64,000 bases of DNA from Camelus ferus (taxonomy: Eukaryota), in the NCBI RefSeq assembly GCF_009834535.1, contig NC_045704.1:29760001-29824000 (forward strand), written 5' to 3'. Shown in pieces: positions 22,606 through 35,866 of this stretch (the first letter of the stretch is position 1; every line of letters begins with the position of its first letter). A program made the translations under genes and the position numbers. Below the pieces are notes generated by a model. It did not search any database, had not been told where the DNA came from, and worked only from the letters and a program-made list of their open reading frames with translations.

Positions 22606-25600
22606 TCTATGCCATGAGCCCACCTCACAGCTTGCAACCCCAGAGAGCTGGGGGATGACTTCCTTAGATAAGAGGAATTTGGAGAGAGGGAGAGGTCCCT
22701 GCCACTGGGTGTGATCAGAGGAGGCTTCTTGGAGGAGGTGGAATCTTCTTTGGATTGAGGAGTCAGAACTAATCATGAATATGCCTTTGTTTTTACCTGC
22801 CACCCTCCTTAATAAAGCAGGGAATGGGTTTCACCTGCTAGCTCTCACCTCTTCCTGGGGAATGGGATACACATCTCTTATTCCTCAGTAATATTGAGGC
22901 TTGGGCATGAGACCTGAATGGCTCAGAGAATTTAATCATTCAACAAGCAGGTTTGCCTAAGAGCAGAAGTAAGAACTGACGCGGAGTCCTCTCTATGGGT
23001 AAATATAATTAGCCTGGCTATTATGCTCCAAATCCTCCCTAAGCCCCTACGTTCAGGTGGCAAAAGAAACTTGCTGGCTTTTGGTGACCCTCAAAACTGA
23101 GAACCTTTGCTGGGGCTGCAGTAATTTGATTTATCTCAGAAACAAGCCAGCTTTACAAGGTTGGTTTGCAATTTCAATATGCAGAGATTAATTTACATGC
23201 AGAGCTAATTAAGCAACTGAAACACCCACTAATTGATTATTACATGAAAAAGAACACATCAATTTGGAGAAAAACACTCTATAAGGTTGTACAATATTTG
23301 CAGACTTAATTGTCAAGTGGAAATTCCTCTTTTAGTGGCCAATAAATTGAACCAATTAACCTTTGCCGGGATGGTCTTTTTAATTCCTGGAGTCCAGGGC
23401 ACTCGTCAGGAACGCTTTGGTCTCTGCCTTTTCAAACTCAAAGTCAGAAAAAACAGTGGCTCTGGGCTGATTTCCGCACTTGGCACAGGACCGGTTCATA
23501 GTAAGAGCTCATAGTAAATGCTGTGAATAAATGTCCAAAGAGTCTACAGCAGTTATTTCCCATTTATTTTTTATTATGAGAGTTTTTCTGGACGATGCTC
23601 CTGGAAGGTATTATTATTATTCACCCCGCCCCCCAATTTGTTTTGAAAGCTACACTGCATTGACAGAAACCTAGTAAATAACCCCCAGTCTCAAAGCTGG
23701 CAGGGAGTGGATTTGGGCCTTGAACTCAGATCTTCTGACCCCAGGTCCAATGCTTTTTTTTTTTTTTTTTTTTTCCATTTCAAGCTCTTTCCTGTGTCTC
23801 AGTGACTAAGATGGACTATCTGTTGAGGTGGAATAAATCGTCACCCAAAGAGCATGATGTGATGGGTCCCAAAGGCCTCCAGCTTCAAAGCATCACCCCC
23901 TGGTTTGACACAGTGCTGGATCCCATCTCAGACAGTGATTCCCATGATTGAAGGAGGGGCTGGACCTTTAAGTCCCATGTCACAGTGCAGAGACCTCTTT
24001 AAAGAGTCACCATCAACCTCTCCCAGTCACTGTCACCTTAGCAAATGTGCCTGTGCCAGGCAGATTCACTTTTTAGGTGGAGTCACAGACTACAAGGATC
24101 CAAGGGTATGGGACATGGGACAGATACATCTTGACAGGTCAGACAGAGGCATCATTGTCTGGGTGTGTGGCCAAGGAAGAAATGGTCCTGATGGAGAGGG
24201 AGGTCCTAAGTTGCTAGAGTCAGCACAAGAGCATTGGTACATGCAAGATTTTGAAGCAAAAAGGGTAAAGATTATGGGCAAAGGGACGAGGGAAAGGTGT
24301 ACTGCTACTTCCTAATGTGTGGCGTTGAGAACGTTGTGCAATGCCTGCAGGTCTCCTTTTCCTTATCTGCAAAATGGGAGTCAGGAGACTGCCCTTCCAG
24401 GCATGTGTGAGGCTTAAATGAGCCATCACCAGAAAGCTTTTAGCCCAGTTCCAAGTACTCAGGGACCGGCCGGCACCTGGGGCTCTTCCTGCAATGTCTG
24501 GGCAGCTTATTCCTCCAACGCTGGACAGAGACTCAAAAGGCTTAATATCCAGTCCCGGGTCATCTGCAGACTCACTGAGGGCCCTCTGTCAATACCCTCC
24601 TCCTTCAGCCCTCACTTTTCCTCTATAAACTGAGGCAGGAGGACTGGATGATTTCTAAGGGCCTCTATACCCAATTCATTCATTTATGGATTTGCTCAGT
24701 GATTATGTCTTGAGAGCCCACAGTGTGCTGGGCACAGGGCCAGGCTCTGGGGGCATAACTTGGAAAGACAAGGCCTCTGCTCTAAGGGAGCTGACGGTCA
24801 AGTGAAGGAAGCAGACCATAAACAAGTATGGGAGATACTTTCGGATAATGATCAGTTATGTAAAGGAAAGCGAGAGGATCTGTGTTCACCGAACTTTTCT
24901 TTTTTTTCCCTCCCCAAAGTACATGAACCAATGCTGAGAAGTTTAAGGAGTAAAAAAAAAAAAAAAAAAAAAAAGGCAGGGGGCCAGTGTTTATTAGCAG
25001 GATTAGAGATTCTCACGAAGTCCCAGGAAGAGCTGAACGCCAAGCCTCAGGAAATCCAAGAACCAGACAAGCTCCAGGATCCCACAGCCAGCTTCCGTGG
25101 AGCCTCCTTTCTGGAAGGCTCCTAACAGCTTACCCCTTGTTATCTCTGATTCTTGGATGTTAGCTTCTGTCTTCTCTCTTCTGTGGATTCTGTTTCTCAT
25201 TCTGTGCAGTGGAAGACATGGTCAAGGTCACATGCTGAAGCCCTCCAGAGACTCGGTTCTCCCTTTCTCAGTCACAGCGCTAGGTTCCCAGGGGAGGGCC
25301 TCTGACTGGCTCACCTTGGGTCAGGTGTCTACTGTAGGCCAATCAGCTGTAGCTTGAGAAGAGTGGACACCACTGTGCAAACGTGGCGGCTGTAACCATA
25401 AGGGGAGTAAGCAGGAGGAACAGTTTCCAGAAATCTGGGGTCAGGGGTGGGGAGCCGCCAATTCAACACACAGATTAACCAGGCTGTGATGCCCAGAGAG
25501 TCTCCCACATCCAATTTACTTTTGAGTTGGAAGTCATTTCCCAAACAAAAGATAGTGATGAAGCATGCTGGAAGTTTGTTCTGGGTGTGGAATCCAAAGA

Positions 25601-26444
25601 TTCTGAAACCAAGTCTTTGCTGACCTGATGCTTGACCTTAGACGAGTCATTTACTCTCTCTGAACCTTCAGTGGAAACGTGGGATAATAATACTAGAGTT
25701 ATTGTGAAGTTCAAAGAAAAGGAAGGATGAGAAGGTGCTCCAAATTTTGCAGAAAGTTATAATATTTGGGGTTCTTAGAAAAGAATGGGAGCTACAGAGA
25801 TGAGAAGAAGGGAACTTACTGGAGAACTCTTCAGGACTTTTTCCCCAGAATGGTGAGGGTTTTTTTTTTTTTTCTTCCTTCCCCAAAAGCTTCACATTTG
25901 GTCCTCTTTGTCTGATTCACTATCGGGACATATGCATCCGTGTTTACAACCAGCATAGGTCATTCCCAGAATGCAGGCTATTGGCAGGTTTATAATTTTA
26001 CCAACTCATCCTGGCAGATAGATACATCACCCCCCATGGAGCAGGACATTAATTTTTCTGAGTAAATGGAGCCAAGCTCTTTGGTGTTATGATCTGTGCA
26101 GGGCTTCACAGCCAGCAGGGAGGGCGGCTGCACCACTCCCCGCCAACCCCCAACCTAACCCCACTCTTCACAGTGGCATTCCAGCTTCCTCTCTCTGTGG
26201 GACTTCGGGGTCTTGCTGAGTCATCCTAGATGCCTCTCCTCAACCCCAAGACCTTCTGATTCTTCTCCAGAGTAGCTCTCCCCAATACTCCATCTTTATT
26301 GCCAGCACACTGTCCATCACCAGTATCTCTTGTCTACATGACTGCGTCACTCTCCTAAATGGTTTCCTTGCCTTTAATCTCCCCCCTTCCCCAGATTTGA
26401 TCATGTTGCTTTCTTGCCTAAAACCCACTGGGTAAACCATGGTG

Positions 26445-27157
26445 CATCTGTTAGGATGGCTGACATAGTAAACACAGTCAAGTGCTGCTGCTGATGCAGA
26501 GCAACTGGAACTCTCACATGTTTGTTATTGCTGAGAATGCAAAATGGCACAACTATGCTGGAAAGCCGTTTGGAAGTTTCTTAAGAATATAAATGTACAC
26601 TTAGCATATGACACAGCAATACCACTCCTAGGTATTTTTCTTAGAGAAATAAAGATGTCTGTTCATACAAAGACCCATACACAAATGTTTATTGCAGCTT
26701 GAGTCATAATTGCCCCAGACCACAAGCAACCCAAATGACCTTCAGCAGGTGAACAGATAAACAACCATATGAAGGAATACTACTCAGCAATAAGAGAAAG
26801 GGGTTAACTGTGATCCAGGCAACATCTTACTGATTCAGGATGAATCTTAAAGATATAATGGTGAGTAAAAGAAACCAATTTCCAAAAAAATTACATATTA
26901 TAGGATTCTATACATTTGCAGAAACACAAAAATATAGTGATGGAGAACAGATCAGTGATTGCCAGGGGTTAGAAGTGGCGAGGGTGGGTGGGGAGAGGAT
27001 GTGACTATAAAGGAAGACTTTGAGGTTATGGAACTGTTTTGTATCTTGATTATGGTGGTGGTTATATGACTCTATACATGTGTTAAAATCCATAGAATAG
27101 TACAAGAAAAGAAAAAAGTCAATTTTACCAGATGATATTAAAAAATAAAAATAAAAG
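26445..27157 (+). mobile_element. Old L1 (L1MC/L1MD-like) 3' portion
   Basis: gagcaactggaactctcac...caataccactcctaggtat...gatcagtgattgccagggg...ttttgtatcttgattatggtggtgg followed by an A-rich tail. Confidence 0.8.
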
Positions 27158-27499
27158 ACCCCTTTGGGGAAAAATTCAAATTATTTGGAATGATTTTAGA
27201 GCATCTCAAGTCTGGCTCCTGCCTTCTTCACCAATTCTGTCCTTGGTCCCTTTCTTTTTGATCTTTATGCATTGAAAATACCAAGATACTTCTAGCACTT
27301 CAAACAGACTGGAGGCAGTCTTGCCTCCAGGTTGAGCCTTCTGCCTTACTGATGTAGTTAATTCCTATTCATCCTTCAAAACACTGCTCAGAGACTCCTT
27401 TGTGTAGCTTCCTTTCTGTCATCTTCCTTAACACCAGATTTAAGAACTCTCTGTTCTATGCTGATTCCAGATCTTGTAAATAATTTTACTATTGTGTGT

Positions 27500-27906
27500 T
27501 ACTCTTATAATCACCTATTGCCAGCTTCCCTGTGCAGAGTATGACTTTCCACATTTTGTCCCTAGGGTCTTCTTTGACAGTGTGGAACCATCTTGGCCCA
27601 TGCTCAGAGCCCAGGAGTGAGTGGTTACTGTCTGGGGCAACCCTCAACCACCTGGAGCAGGAGCCATCTTTCAGGTGGACAGTTCTGGGAGGTGGTCTGG
27701 ACACTACCCAGACATCCTGGTGGACTCTGGCCTTGGTTGTCCATGGTGGCAGTTGTGAAAACACACCATTTAAATGACTTTCCTTCTGCTCTGCCATTCT
27801 CTCTGCGCCTTCCCTCCCACTTCCTGGAATCACCTCCCAAGTTGACCACACCTGCACCCACATCCATGTCTTGGGCTCCACTTTCGAGGGAAATCAATCT
27901 AATACA
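27500..27906 (+). mobile_element. LTR16-like ERVL LTR
   Basis: The 3' end ttcctggaatcacctcccaagttgaccacacctgcacc...gggaaatcaatctaataca resembles the LTR16 terminus. Confidence 0.6.
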
Positions 27907-28089
27907 CCTTTTTTTTCTATTGCAGTCATAGAGGGAAGGATGGGTCTGCAGCAATTTGCAGGAGGAAATTTCCTGACAGGCCTCCACTCTCAGAGTCAGG
28001 AGGCCATGACTCTGCCTCTTTCTGTTTAGGAGACCTTGAAGAAGTCTGCTTGTCTGAGCCTCCGTTTAGCTCCCCCGTGCAGCTTAATC

Positions 28090-28455
28090 TTTCCTGAAGC
28101 TGAGTTTGGGGGTACGAGATACTGATTAGGGACCAATCTCTGGGAAGTGAAGGGGAAGAGAGCGGGGCTGAGCAGAGGAGGAAGTCAAACTGCATTGGTG
28201 GCCGGACCAAGTAGTGGCCAGCCCCAGCCAAGAGACCTATGCTGCCTGTGAGATTTGCCTGGCCAGGCCTTTCTGTCCCCACCTCACTCAGTCACCAGAT
28301 GTGACACTGGCAGCCCTGGGTGGGGTGTGACTGCAGATGACGCAGCTCCCTGCAGCTGAGGTGGACCCTGAATGTCTGCTGGCCACACTCTCTGCAGTTG
28401 GGCAGCCAGCCTTTCCTTGCAGGGCCATCTGGGCAGCACGTGTCTGCATCTACTT
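28090..28455 (-). mobile_element. LTR16/LTR33-like ERVL LTR
   Basis: gggaagtgaaggggaagagagcgggg...aagtcaaactgca...ctcactcagtcaccag...gccatctgggcagcac. Confidence 0.55.
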
Positions 28456-29735
28456 AGGGCCCAAATGAAAATGCCACTGGGCTCCACTGAGCAAGGTATG
28501 TGCATCCAGTGTGGAGTAGTGGGGACAGTGGTGACCAGGGTGTAGCCATTACTCAACTCCAGTTGACTTCTGCAAGCAGGCATATTGTTGCCAAACTCAA
28601 GAGACTCTGGGAATTTCACGATTTATATAAAATTTCTTGTCCTTAAACCAGAACATAGTTAGCTACTTCAAGTTAGCTACTTCATAATACCTCTGAATGC
28701 CTCTGGGTTGACTTCTGATTGGGAGAGTAGCATTCATCTCGGGCAGTTCTAGGGGCAGGAGAAAGCCTGAGATTTTTCTGGGTGGGTCCAGAGCCATCTC
28801 ACAGAGATAGAGAACTCTTGTGGGGAAAAGGCTGGGCAGGGCCTGGAAGGGGCATAAGGTTTTCCTGTGTGGACATCTACCACCTTCAGACATTTCTTAC
28901 TCAGTACACATGATTGAAGTCGAGACCTTGAGTACTTGTGTTGGGAGTGAACTGGTCTCAGACAGGGAAGGCAGGCTCTGTTGGGCCCCCAGAGGCGTGG
29001 CTTCAAAAGCTCTGGAATCGGTGGCCTGTGCAAAATGAGGCCACATCTGTTCTTGTGCACCTTAATTACACCTTCCCCAGGGCTGGTGGAGCCAGGATTA
29101 TGTGTGTTTAAGGCAGTATCTTCAGTCCTGTCCACTCACCCTTGCTAACGTGGCAGGCCAGGTTTTTAATTCCATGGGGTCAGGATGCTGGAGTATGATT
29201 TCCCTAGTGAGTACTTCCAGGCGCATCTTGGCTTGGAGGGAGGGGGTGGCATGGACCTAGGGGACTGAGGGAGAAACTCATGGCAGTCCCAACAAAACCA
29301 GAAGTGCCCTCTGGGTGGGGACTTCTGAAGTCACAGGGGACACTGAGTGAGTTCTGGGGCATACTGGCCAGGGGCTCATGCTGCTGGAGCTGCCTGCCCC
29401 AGACTCGTTCACTTCCTCTTGGAAAAGACTATGAATTCCCTGGCCGGGGGCTCCTAAGAGAGCCCAGGAGAACTCTCCCTCCCTGGTTCCTGTGCATGGG
29501 TGGGCAGAGTGAGTGTTGAAGCCACCCTGGTTATTCTCCAAAAGTCAGCTTGGGTAACAGGGCCGTTTCTGGGAAACAATTTGCATCGGCTGCCACAATG
29601 ACTTATGGGGACATATGGTGTTGGGCTTTGTCACATCCTTTGGTCTCCTGCGTTTGAATACTATGAAGAAGAAGAGAGGAATGTTGTTTGGGAATTGCTG
29701 TTGTGCAGGATGGAGGGGACCAAAGTGTTAGGTGC

Positions 29736-30180
29736 TGTAACAGTTATCTATTGTCCTATAAGAAACTTCTTTAACATTTAGTGGCTAAAAACTAGAGCCA
29801 TTTACTTCCTTGTGATTCTGTAAGATACCAATTTGATAAGGGTCTCCCCTGTGGCTGCAGTCATGTAGTGGCTTGGCTGGGGCTGAGTGGTCTTGTATCT
29901 GGTGATTGGTGCTGGCTGTCAGCTGAGCCACACTTTCCCAGCAAGTTATTTTGGACTTTTTTTTTTTTTTTTTTTAACATAGTGGCTATGTTCCAAAAGT
30001 TGTGAGAAAGAAGACAAGCCCCATTGTACAAGATTATGCTCTGGTCATTCTTGCTAATGTTCCGTTGGCCAAGGCATGCCACATGGCCAAGCCCAGATTC
30101 AAGGTGGCAGGGGCCTATGCAAGGTTGAGGATACAGGGAGACATGTTTCATGGGGACCATTACTATAATAATCTACCACA
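29736..30180 (-). mobile_element. MLT1 solo LTR
   Basis: Runs from tgtaacagttatctattg through ttggccaaggcatgccacatggccaagcccagattcaag to aatctaccaca. Confidence 0.8.
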
Positions 30181-30244
30181 ATGTGTTCAGGAAGAAGTTG
30201 GGTACAATTCCTACTTCATTCATTCATTCATTCACTAAAAAAAA

Positions 30245-30392
30245 TTTTTTTATTGAAGTATAGTCAGTTACAATGTGTCAATTTCTGGTGTACAGCACCA
30301 TGTCCCAGTCATATATACATGTATTCATTTTCATATTCTTTTTCATTAAAGGTTATCATAAGATACTGAATATGATTTCCTGTCCTATGCAG
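30245..30392 (-). mobile_element. Short lineage-specific L1 3' end in an L2 tail
   Basis: tttttattgaagtatagtcagttacaatgtgtcaatttctggtgtacagc. Confidence 0.8.
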
Positions 30393-30399
30393 CATCCAT

Positions 30400-30830
30400 T
30401 CATTTTTAATAAATATTTGTTGAGTATCAACAAGATGGCAGGTCCTTATGGGCACAGGGGATTTCACAGTGAACTGGACAAACATTACTGCTCTTATGGA
30501 TTTTACAATCTAGTTGGGGAGTCAGACAATAAACAAAATACAGTCAGATGGCATCACTTGTCTCAAATCAGGTAGAGGAGGATAGGGAGTGCAGGGCTCC
30601 CTGGCTCTGGGAGTTGTGGACAATGACCCTGGCAGGGCATGAAGTTGGCAAAGGGAGAGAAGACTGGGGTGCCCTGGTAAATGTTGGGTTAAGCAATGGA
30701 ATGTCTGACCCAGAGAAGGGTGGTTCTACTGACAGGGCTACATGGAGATGTTGCAGCTTCTTTGGGGGAGAGCCTCCATCATCCAGCGAGGAGGGCAGGG
30801 AGCAGCTGAACCTGGCTCTGTGAACACTCA
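30400..30830 (-). mobile_element. L2 LINE fragment
   Basis: aataaatatttgttgag...tttacaatctagttggggagtcagacaataaacaa. Confidence 0.55.
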
Positions 30831-32018
30831 CATGGAATCCAAAGCTTCAGATAGAACTGGCCTGACAGGACCCCTCCCCAACACCCACATAGCAGCACAC
30901 GTGGGAGGGAGAAAATGACCCACTATGACCCTCCTTCCTTGTCCCCCAAACTAGAAGAACTGGAAACGGGAAGAAGAGGGGAAAATCTCAGATCTGGACC
31001 TTGTGCTCCTTTCTTTTCTCTGAGCAGTGTGAGGCTGGCTGGGGGAGGGAAGAAGGGGAGCTTTGAATCAAATCTGGAGATTAAAGGGGAAAAAATCACA
31101 GGTGTAAGCTTACACCATTATTTGAATAACTGGAAGAGGCCAAAGAGTTATGGAGGTGGCCCAAGGTATCATGGTGGCTCTCTGAATTTAGAACGTGGAA
31201 GATTTGACGTCTAATGTTCTCCTTCCCACCTGTTACCACAGGAGAATCATCTGGACTCCAGTAGGAAACCAATCCCTCCAGCCGTGCACCGGATCCCACC
31301 CCTTCTTGACTCTTCAGGGATCTTACTCCAGCAATCCTTTCCTCTACCTCTCACTGCAGCAGAAATCTCCTCCCTACCGGAGCTTTCTCTAAAACATACC
31401 AGCAGTGCTGTCATCTTTCCCCACTTAAAAATGATACCCCGACCCCATTTACTGTGTCATCTACAACTGCGTTTCTCTTCCCATCTCTGCAGCGCAGCCC
31501 CTCCTAGAGTTGTCTGTGTTTGCTGTCTCCAGTTCCATCCCTCCCCTTTTCTCTTAAACCAGACCCCGCCTGACTTTTGCCCCCACCACTACACCAGAAT
31601 AGCCATTGGCAGGACCATCAGTGACTTCACGTTGCCAAATCCAGTGGTCAATTCTGAGTTCTCACCTTGGTTGAACTGTCAGCAGCATTAGTCATGATCA
31701 GTTCTCCTCTTTGGTACCCTTTCTCCCCTGGGATCCCAGGACACTAAACTCTGTTACCTTTCCTTCTTTACACTATTCATTCCTTCTCAGCTCTTTTCTG
31801 CATCCTCCTTCTCTCACCATTTCTGAATGTTGGAATCTCCAGGACTTAGTTCTTGGCCCTCTTTTCTTGTGTGTCTTCCCTTGGTTTCACCCAGTCTTTA
31901 GGACTCAAATACTATCTACACTTCAGTGGCTTCCCAATTTGTTTCTCCAGGCTGGACCTCTCTCTTTCACTCAAGACAAGTATACCCCGCTGCCTACTTG
32001 ACATTTCCACTAGGATGC

Positions 32019-32352
32019 TGTATCAGGCAGGAGAGACTCGGTTATGCTTTGCTAACAATGACCTCAAATCTCAGTGGTATATCATGAAAAGGTTTATTTC
32101 TCACTCATGCTACGTATCCTCCATGCTCTGCACTATGTCATCATCACTGCAGGACTCAAGCTGTTGGAGCAGTTCCCATCTGGAACATTGTTGATCACAG
32201 TATAAGGGTGAATAGGAAATGTGGCAAGCCATAAACTGGTTCTTAAAATTTCTGCTCACATTTCATTGGCCAAATCAACTCCCATGGTCAATCTTGACAT
32301 CAGTGAAGCAGGGAAAGATTGCAGACATTCATGGCAATTGCATAGTCTATCA
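32019..32352 (-). mobile_element. MLT1 solo LTR nested in L2
   Basis: tgtatcagg...ctcaaatctcagtgg...ttcattggccaaatc...ctatca, splitting contiguous L2 sequence. Confidence 0.7.
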
Positions 32353-32623
32353 GATATACCCAACAGACATCTTAAACTCATCTTATCCCAAACTGAACTC
32401 CTTTCCCCACAAACCTCCTCCCTTCAGTGTCCATTTCAGTCGATGTTGACTCAGTACTTCTGGTTACTCAAGTCAGAAATTTTGGTGTCCTTGATTTCTC
32501 TGTTTCACATCCCAAATTCAGTCCTTCAAGATACATCTTCGCAATACATCAAGAATCTGACCTCGACATCGACCACTCTGTCCATGCATCAACATCTCAC
32601 TAGTGGATTATTTTGATGGTCTC

Positions 32624-32727
32624 TCTCTCTCCTTTTTTTTTTTTTTAATGGAGATACTGGCGATTAAACACAGGACCTTGTGCATGCTAAGCATGTGCTC
32701 TACCACTGAGCTATACCCTTCACCCTC
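32624..32727 (-). mobile_element. tRNA-derived camelid-type SINE (Vic-1-like)
   Basis: The reverse strand reads ggtatagctcagtggtagagcacatgcttagcatgcacaaggtcctg then poly(A). TSD TGATGGTCTC at 32614-32623 and 32728-32737. Confidence 0.85.
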
Positions 32728-33429
32728 TGATGGTCTCAATGTCAGGCCTCCCTGCTTCTATCCCTGACCTTTCCCCACTCCCACTCCCAATAGCCTATTC
32801 TGAACAGAGCAGCCAGAGTGATTCTTTTAAAATGTAAGTTACATCATTTCTTGCTTCTGCCTGAAATCCTTCAAAGGCTCCCAATTCCCCCCCCCCCCCC
32901 AGTAAAACCCCAGTTCCCCAAATGGCTCACAAGTTCCATCCAGTCTGGTCCCTGTCACTTCTCTAACCTGTTTTCCTACTATTCTCAGCATCACATATAC
33001 CAGCATCCTTGCTTATCCTTCACCCAGCGCCTTGACAACCGCTGGTCCCTGGCCCGGAATCCTCTGTTCCCAGATGCCACCTGGCTCCCTCTCCCTTTCT
33101 TCCCAGCTCACCTTCTCTGTGCCGATCTCCCTGACCATCTAGTTGAAGTTTTCATCCTCTCTTTCACAATCTCTGAATCCCACAGCATTTTCTCGTTTCT
33201 CATTTACTATATAATTTCCTTATTATGTTTATTGTTTGTCTGTTTTTATCAATCAAAGGGAAGCTCCAAAAAGGCAGCAATGTTTTGGTCCATTTCACTC
33301 ACTGTTGGGTGTCCAGTGTTTAGAACAGTGCCTGGCTCATGATAGCTTGATATTTATCTATAGAATGAATTGAATGCATGAATGAAGGAATGAATGAATA
33401 GCAATACAGTGTGATGAACTTTTAAGAAA

Positions 33430-33551
33430 TTTTTTATTTTGTCTTTTGGAGGGGAGGTAATTAGTTTTATTTATTTATTTTTAATGGGAGTGCTGGGCTT
33501 CATTACCCAGGACCTCATGCATGCTAGCATGCATTGAGCTGTACTCTCCCC
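33430..33551 (-). mobile_element. tRNA-derived camelid-type SINE (degenerate)
   Basis: ggaggggaggtaattagttttatttattt...cccaggacctcatgcatgctagcatgcattgagctgtactctccc. Confidence 0.75.
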
Positions 33552-35768
33552 GCCATGATGAAATTTTGAAAGTTCAAAAAGGATCTGAAGCCTTGAAAGT
33601 CATAGTGAGATGAGTTCGGAATAATCCAGGATTGATTTCAAGTCTAATTGAATCTCAAGGTGGGATGGGGACCATTATAAGTGTGCAACAGTTTTGGTAA
33701 TACGTGGAGGAATGAGTTTTATTTTAAGGGTTATGTGGTCATGCTAATTAATTGTAACAAGTGATCCAGTCTTTCATCTATGGCAAGTATGTTGTGAAGT
33801 TTCCCTTTACAAATAAATAAAATAAATCAAAGCAAGGGAAGAATAATTGGTACAGGTGATAGGTGGATATGGCAAAACCTATGAAGATGCCGTGTGAGTG
33901 AGTGACATTTGGGAACCCCCAGGCTGTACAGAGAAAGGAAGAGGCAGTGCTGATGGATGTGGCTGAGCCAGCTGGGCTCTGGGCAGGGCCTGGGCCCCTG
34001 GGAGTGACTCGGATCCCCTCCGTGCAGAGCTGGCCACCTGCTGCCTGAGCCTGGGCTCCTGTGGCTGCTGACTCCTGGAGAAGGGAGGCCCAGAAAGCAA
34101 CCCTGCTTGTGGGGGTGCATAGCAGCAATGGCACCTCCAATCTGTTACCGTCAAGTTATAATTGCCATCTTCCTGAAGTGTGGTTTGCCTCATTAGGCTT
34201 GAAATAAACATCTTATATTTTTGTCACAATTTCCATTCTGGCTTTGTTTCTGCTGACCTCATTTCCTCCTCATGCTTCATCCTCTCCTGCTTTGCAGAAT
34301 GAGGTGGGGCCAGTGTGCAACGGACCACGCTGTCACCAAGATGCTTGATATTTATATGGAGCCCTCAACTCAGATGCCAGGCCCAGACAAAAGACAGATC
34401 ATGGGAAGCAGAGAGACGGAGAGACAGAAATACATAGTGAGAGAACTGTTACAGTACAGAAGTCTCCACACCTCTCAAAGCCATTTGAAATCTTCAATGT
34501 CCAACCTTCTTCCTTATTATTCACCCCAGGAAAAGGAGAGGAGCCACGGTTTCTACTCTGTTTTTCTCTTGCTGTCAAAGGCTCCACTCCAGTCATCCCT
34601 GTGCCCTTTTCATATAGAAAAGACTACATGAAGATGAAAAATGACCTGAGTCAGCCTCTTGGCTGAAGTAGGGCATCTCTCCATCTTCTCCTAGTCACTC
34701 TTAAGACAACTTCCCTTCAGTTTTTCTACCTTTAGAAAGATATCCATTTTGATGTGATTGGGTTCCATCTGTCCGTCCGTCCATCCATCCATCTATCCAT
34801 CCAATGTATTTGATGATAGTTACTGGGGTCTTTGCTCTGTGGGGTGGGTTAGTGTAGAGGAAGGGCTGGAGAAGTTATATGGGGTCAATATTCACAGCCT
34901 CACAGCCAGCCTATGAGGAAGGTAAGATAAAGCTAACTTTCTGCTTGTACATGTAGAAAAGGTGAGATTGAGGGAGGATTAAGATGTGTCAAGGTTATAA
35001 AACAAGTGTGTGCTGGAGCAAGCTCAGAACCCAGGTCGTGTTCCACATCCTCCATCTGCATATGGGGGAGTTAAGGTTGGAGAAGAGGCTGGGGCTAGAA
35101 GCTGGACCGTTGCTTCCAGAGGAAACTGTGGTGCATTTTCCCCCACCCTAAGTTTGTGTTACCTTATGTTCTATCTTAATAGCAGCCCAATTCAGTGAAC
35201 TTTTAGAAAAACTATTTAACGACACTCAGATGCATTTTTAAGTCCCTTCTACTTCCATTGGGGAACAAAAAAATCTCAGTTCCAACATAGGACTTGGACA
35301 TTACAAGTAAAACCCCGGTTAGCTCTAAATTATCCACGTACGACCCAGAGAGCAGAAGGGGCACAGCATCTGAGTCTCCACATTTGCCATGTGCATTTTC
35401 TGGGCTTGCCTCTGTCCCCGGGATGTCAGATACAATGGGAATTTAAAACACATGAGACAGACACAAGGCCTGACCAAGAGCTTTGACCCAGGGCCAGCAG
35501 GGATTCTATTTTTTCATTCTGTTCCTTGCTTTGATGGACACAGAATCTCATCTGTTGGGCTGATGCAGAGGATCAGACTAAGCAGAGACAGTGGCTGAAA
35601 AGCTTCCTGTGGAGCAGAAGAGGTGGTTAAGAGGGTTTTTCTGATATGCAGGGAAGGCAAAAATAGGAGAATGAGATGTAAACACCTTATTTAGAGTAGC
35701 CCTTCACCTCCCTACCACGTCACTCCCATTTCTACTGTCTTCACAGCATCTGTGTTTCTCTGAAATTT

Positions 35769-35866
35769 CTTTTCTTTTCCTTAAGTTTTTTTTTTTTTTT
35801 AATGGAGGTACTGGGGATTGGACATGCTAGGCATGTGCTCTGCCATTGAGCTATTCCCCACCCCAG
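35769..35866 (-). mobile_element. tRNA-derived camelid-type SINE with internal deletion, inserted in an L2 tail (~35690-36010)
   Basis: aatggaggtactggggattg joins directly to gacatgctaggcatgtgctc. Perfect TSD CTCTGAAATTT at 35758-35768 and 35867-35877. Confidence 0.85.

Larger units (their letters stand above)
31340..33400 (+). mobile_element. L2 LINE (long fragment, interrupted by an MLT1 LTR and a SINE)
   Basis: ttgccaaatccagtggtcaattctgagttctc; cctacttgacatttccactaggatg continues after the LTR as acagacatcttaaactc; 3' end gtgcctggctcatgatag...gaatgaatgaa. Confidence 0.85.

Noticed and set aside
28657-28684. Perfect 14-bp tandem duplication agttagctacttca x2 (also a 12-bp duplication near 43261)
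   Set aside because: Ordinary slippage micro-duplications with no further structure.
32660-32727. tRNA-like sequence with A box and anticodon arm (also in the other four copies)
   Set aside because: These are SINE heads with poly(A) tails and TSDs and lack a complete cloverleaf, so they are not tRNA genes.
32818-33342. 174-aa ORF
   Set aside because: It lies entirely in decayed L2 sequence and has no protein-like homology.
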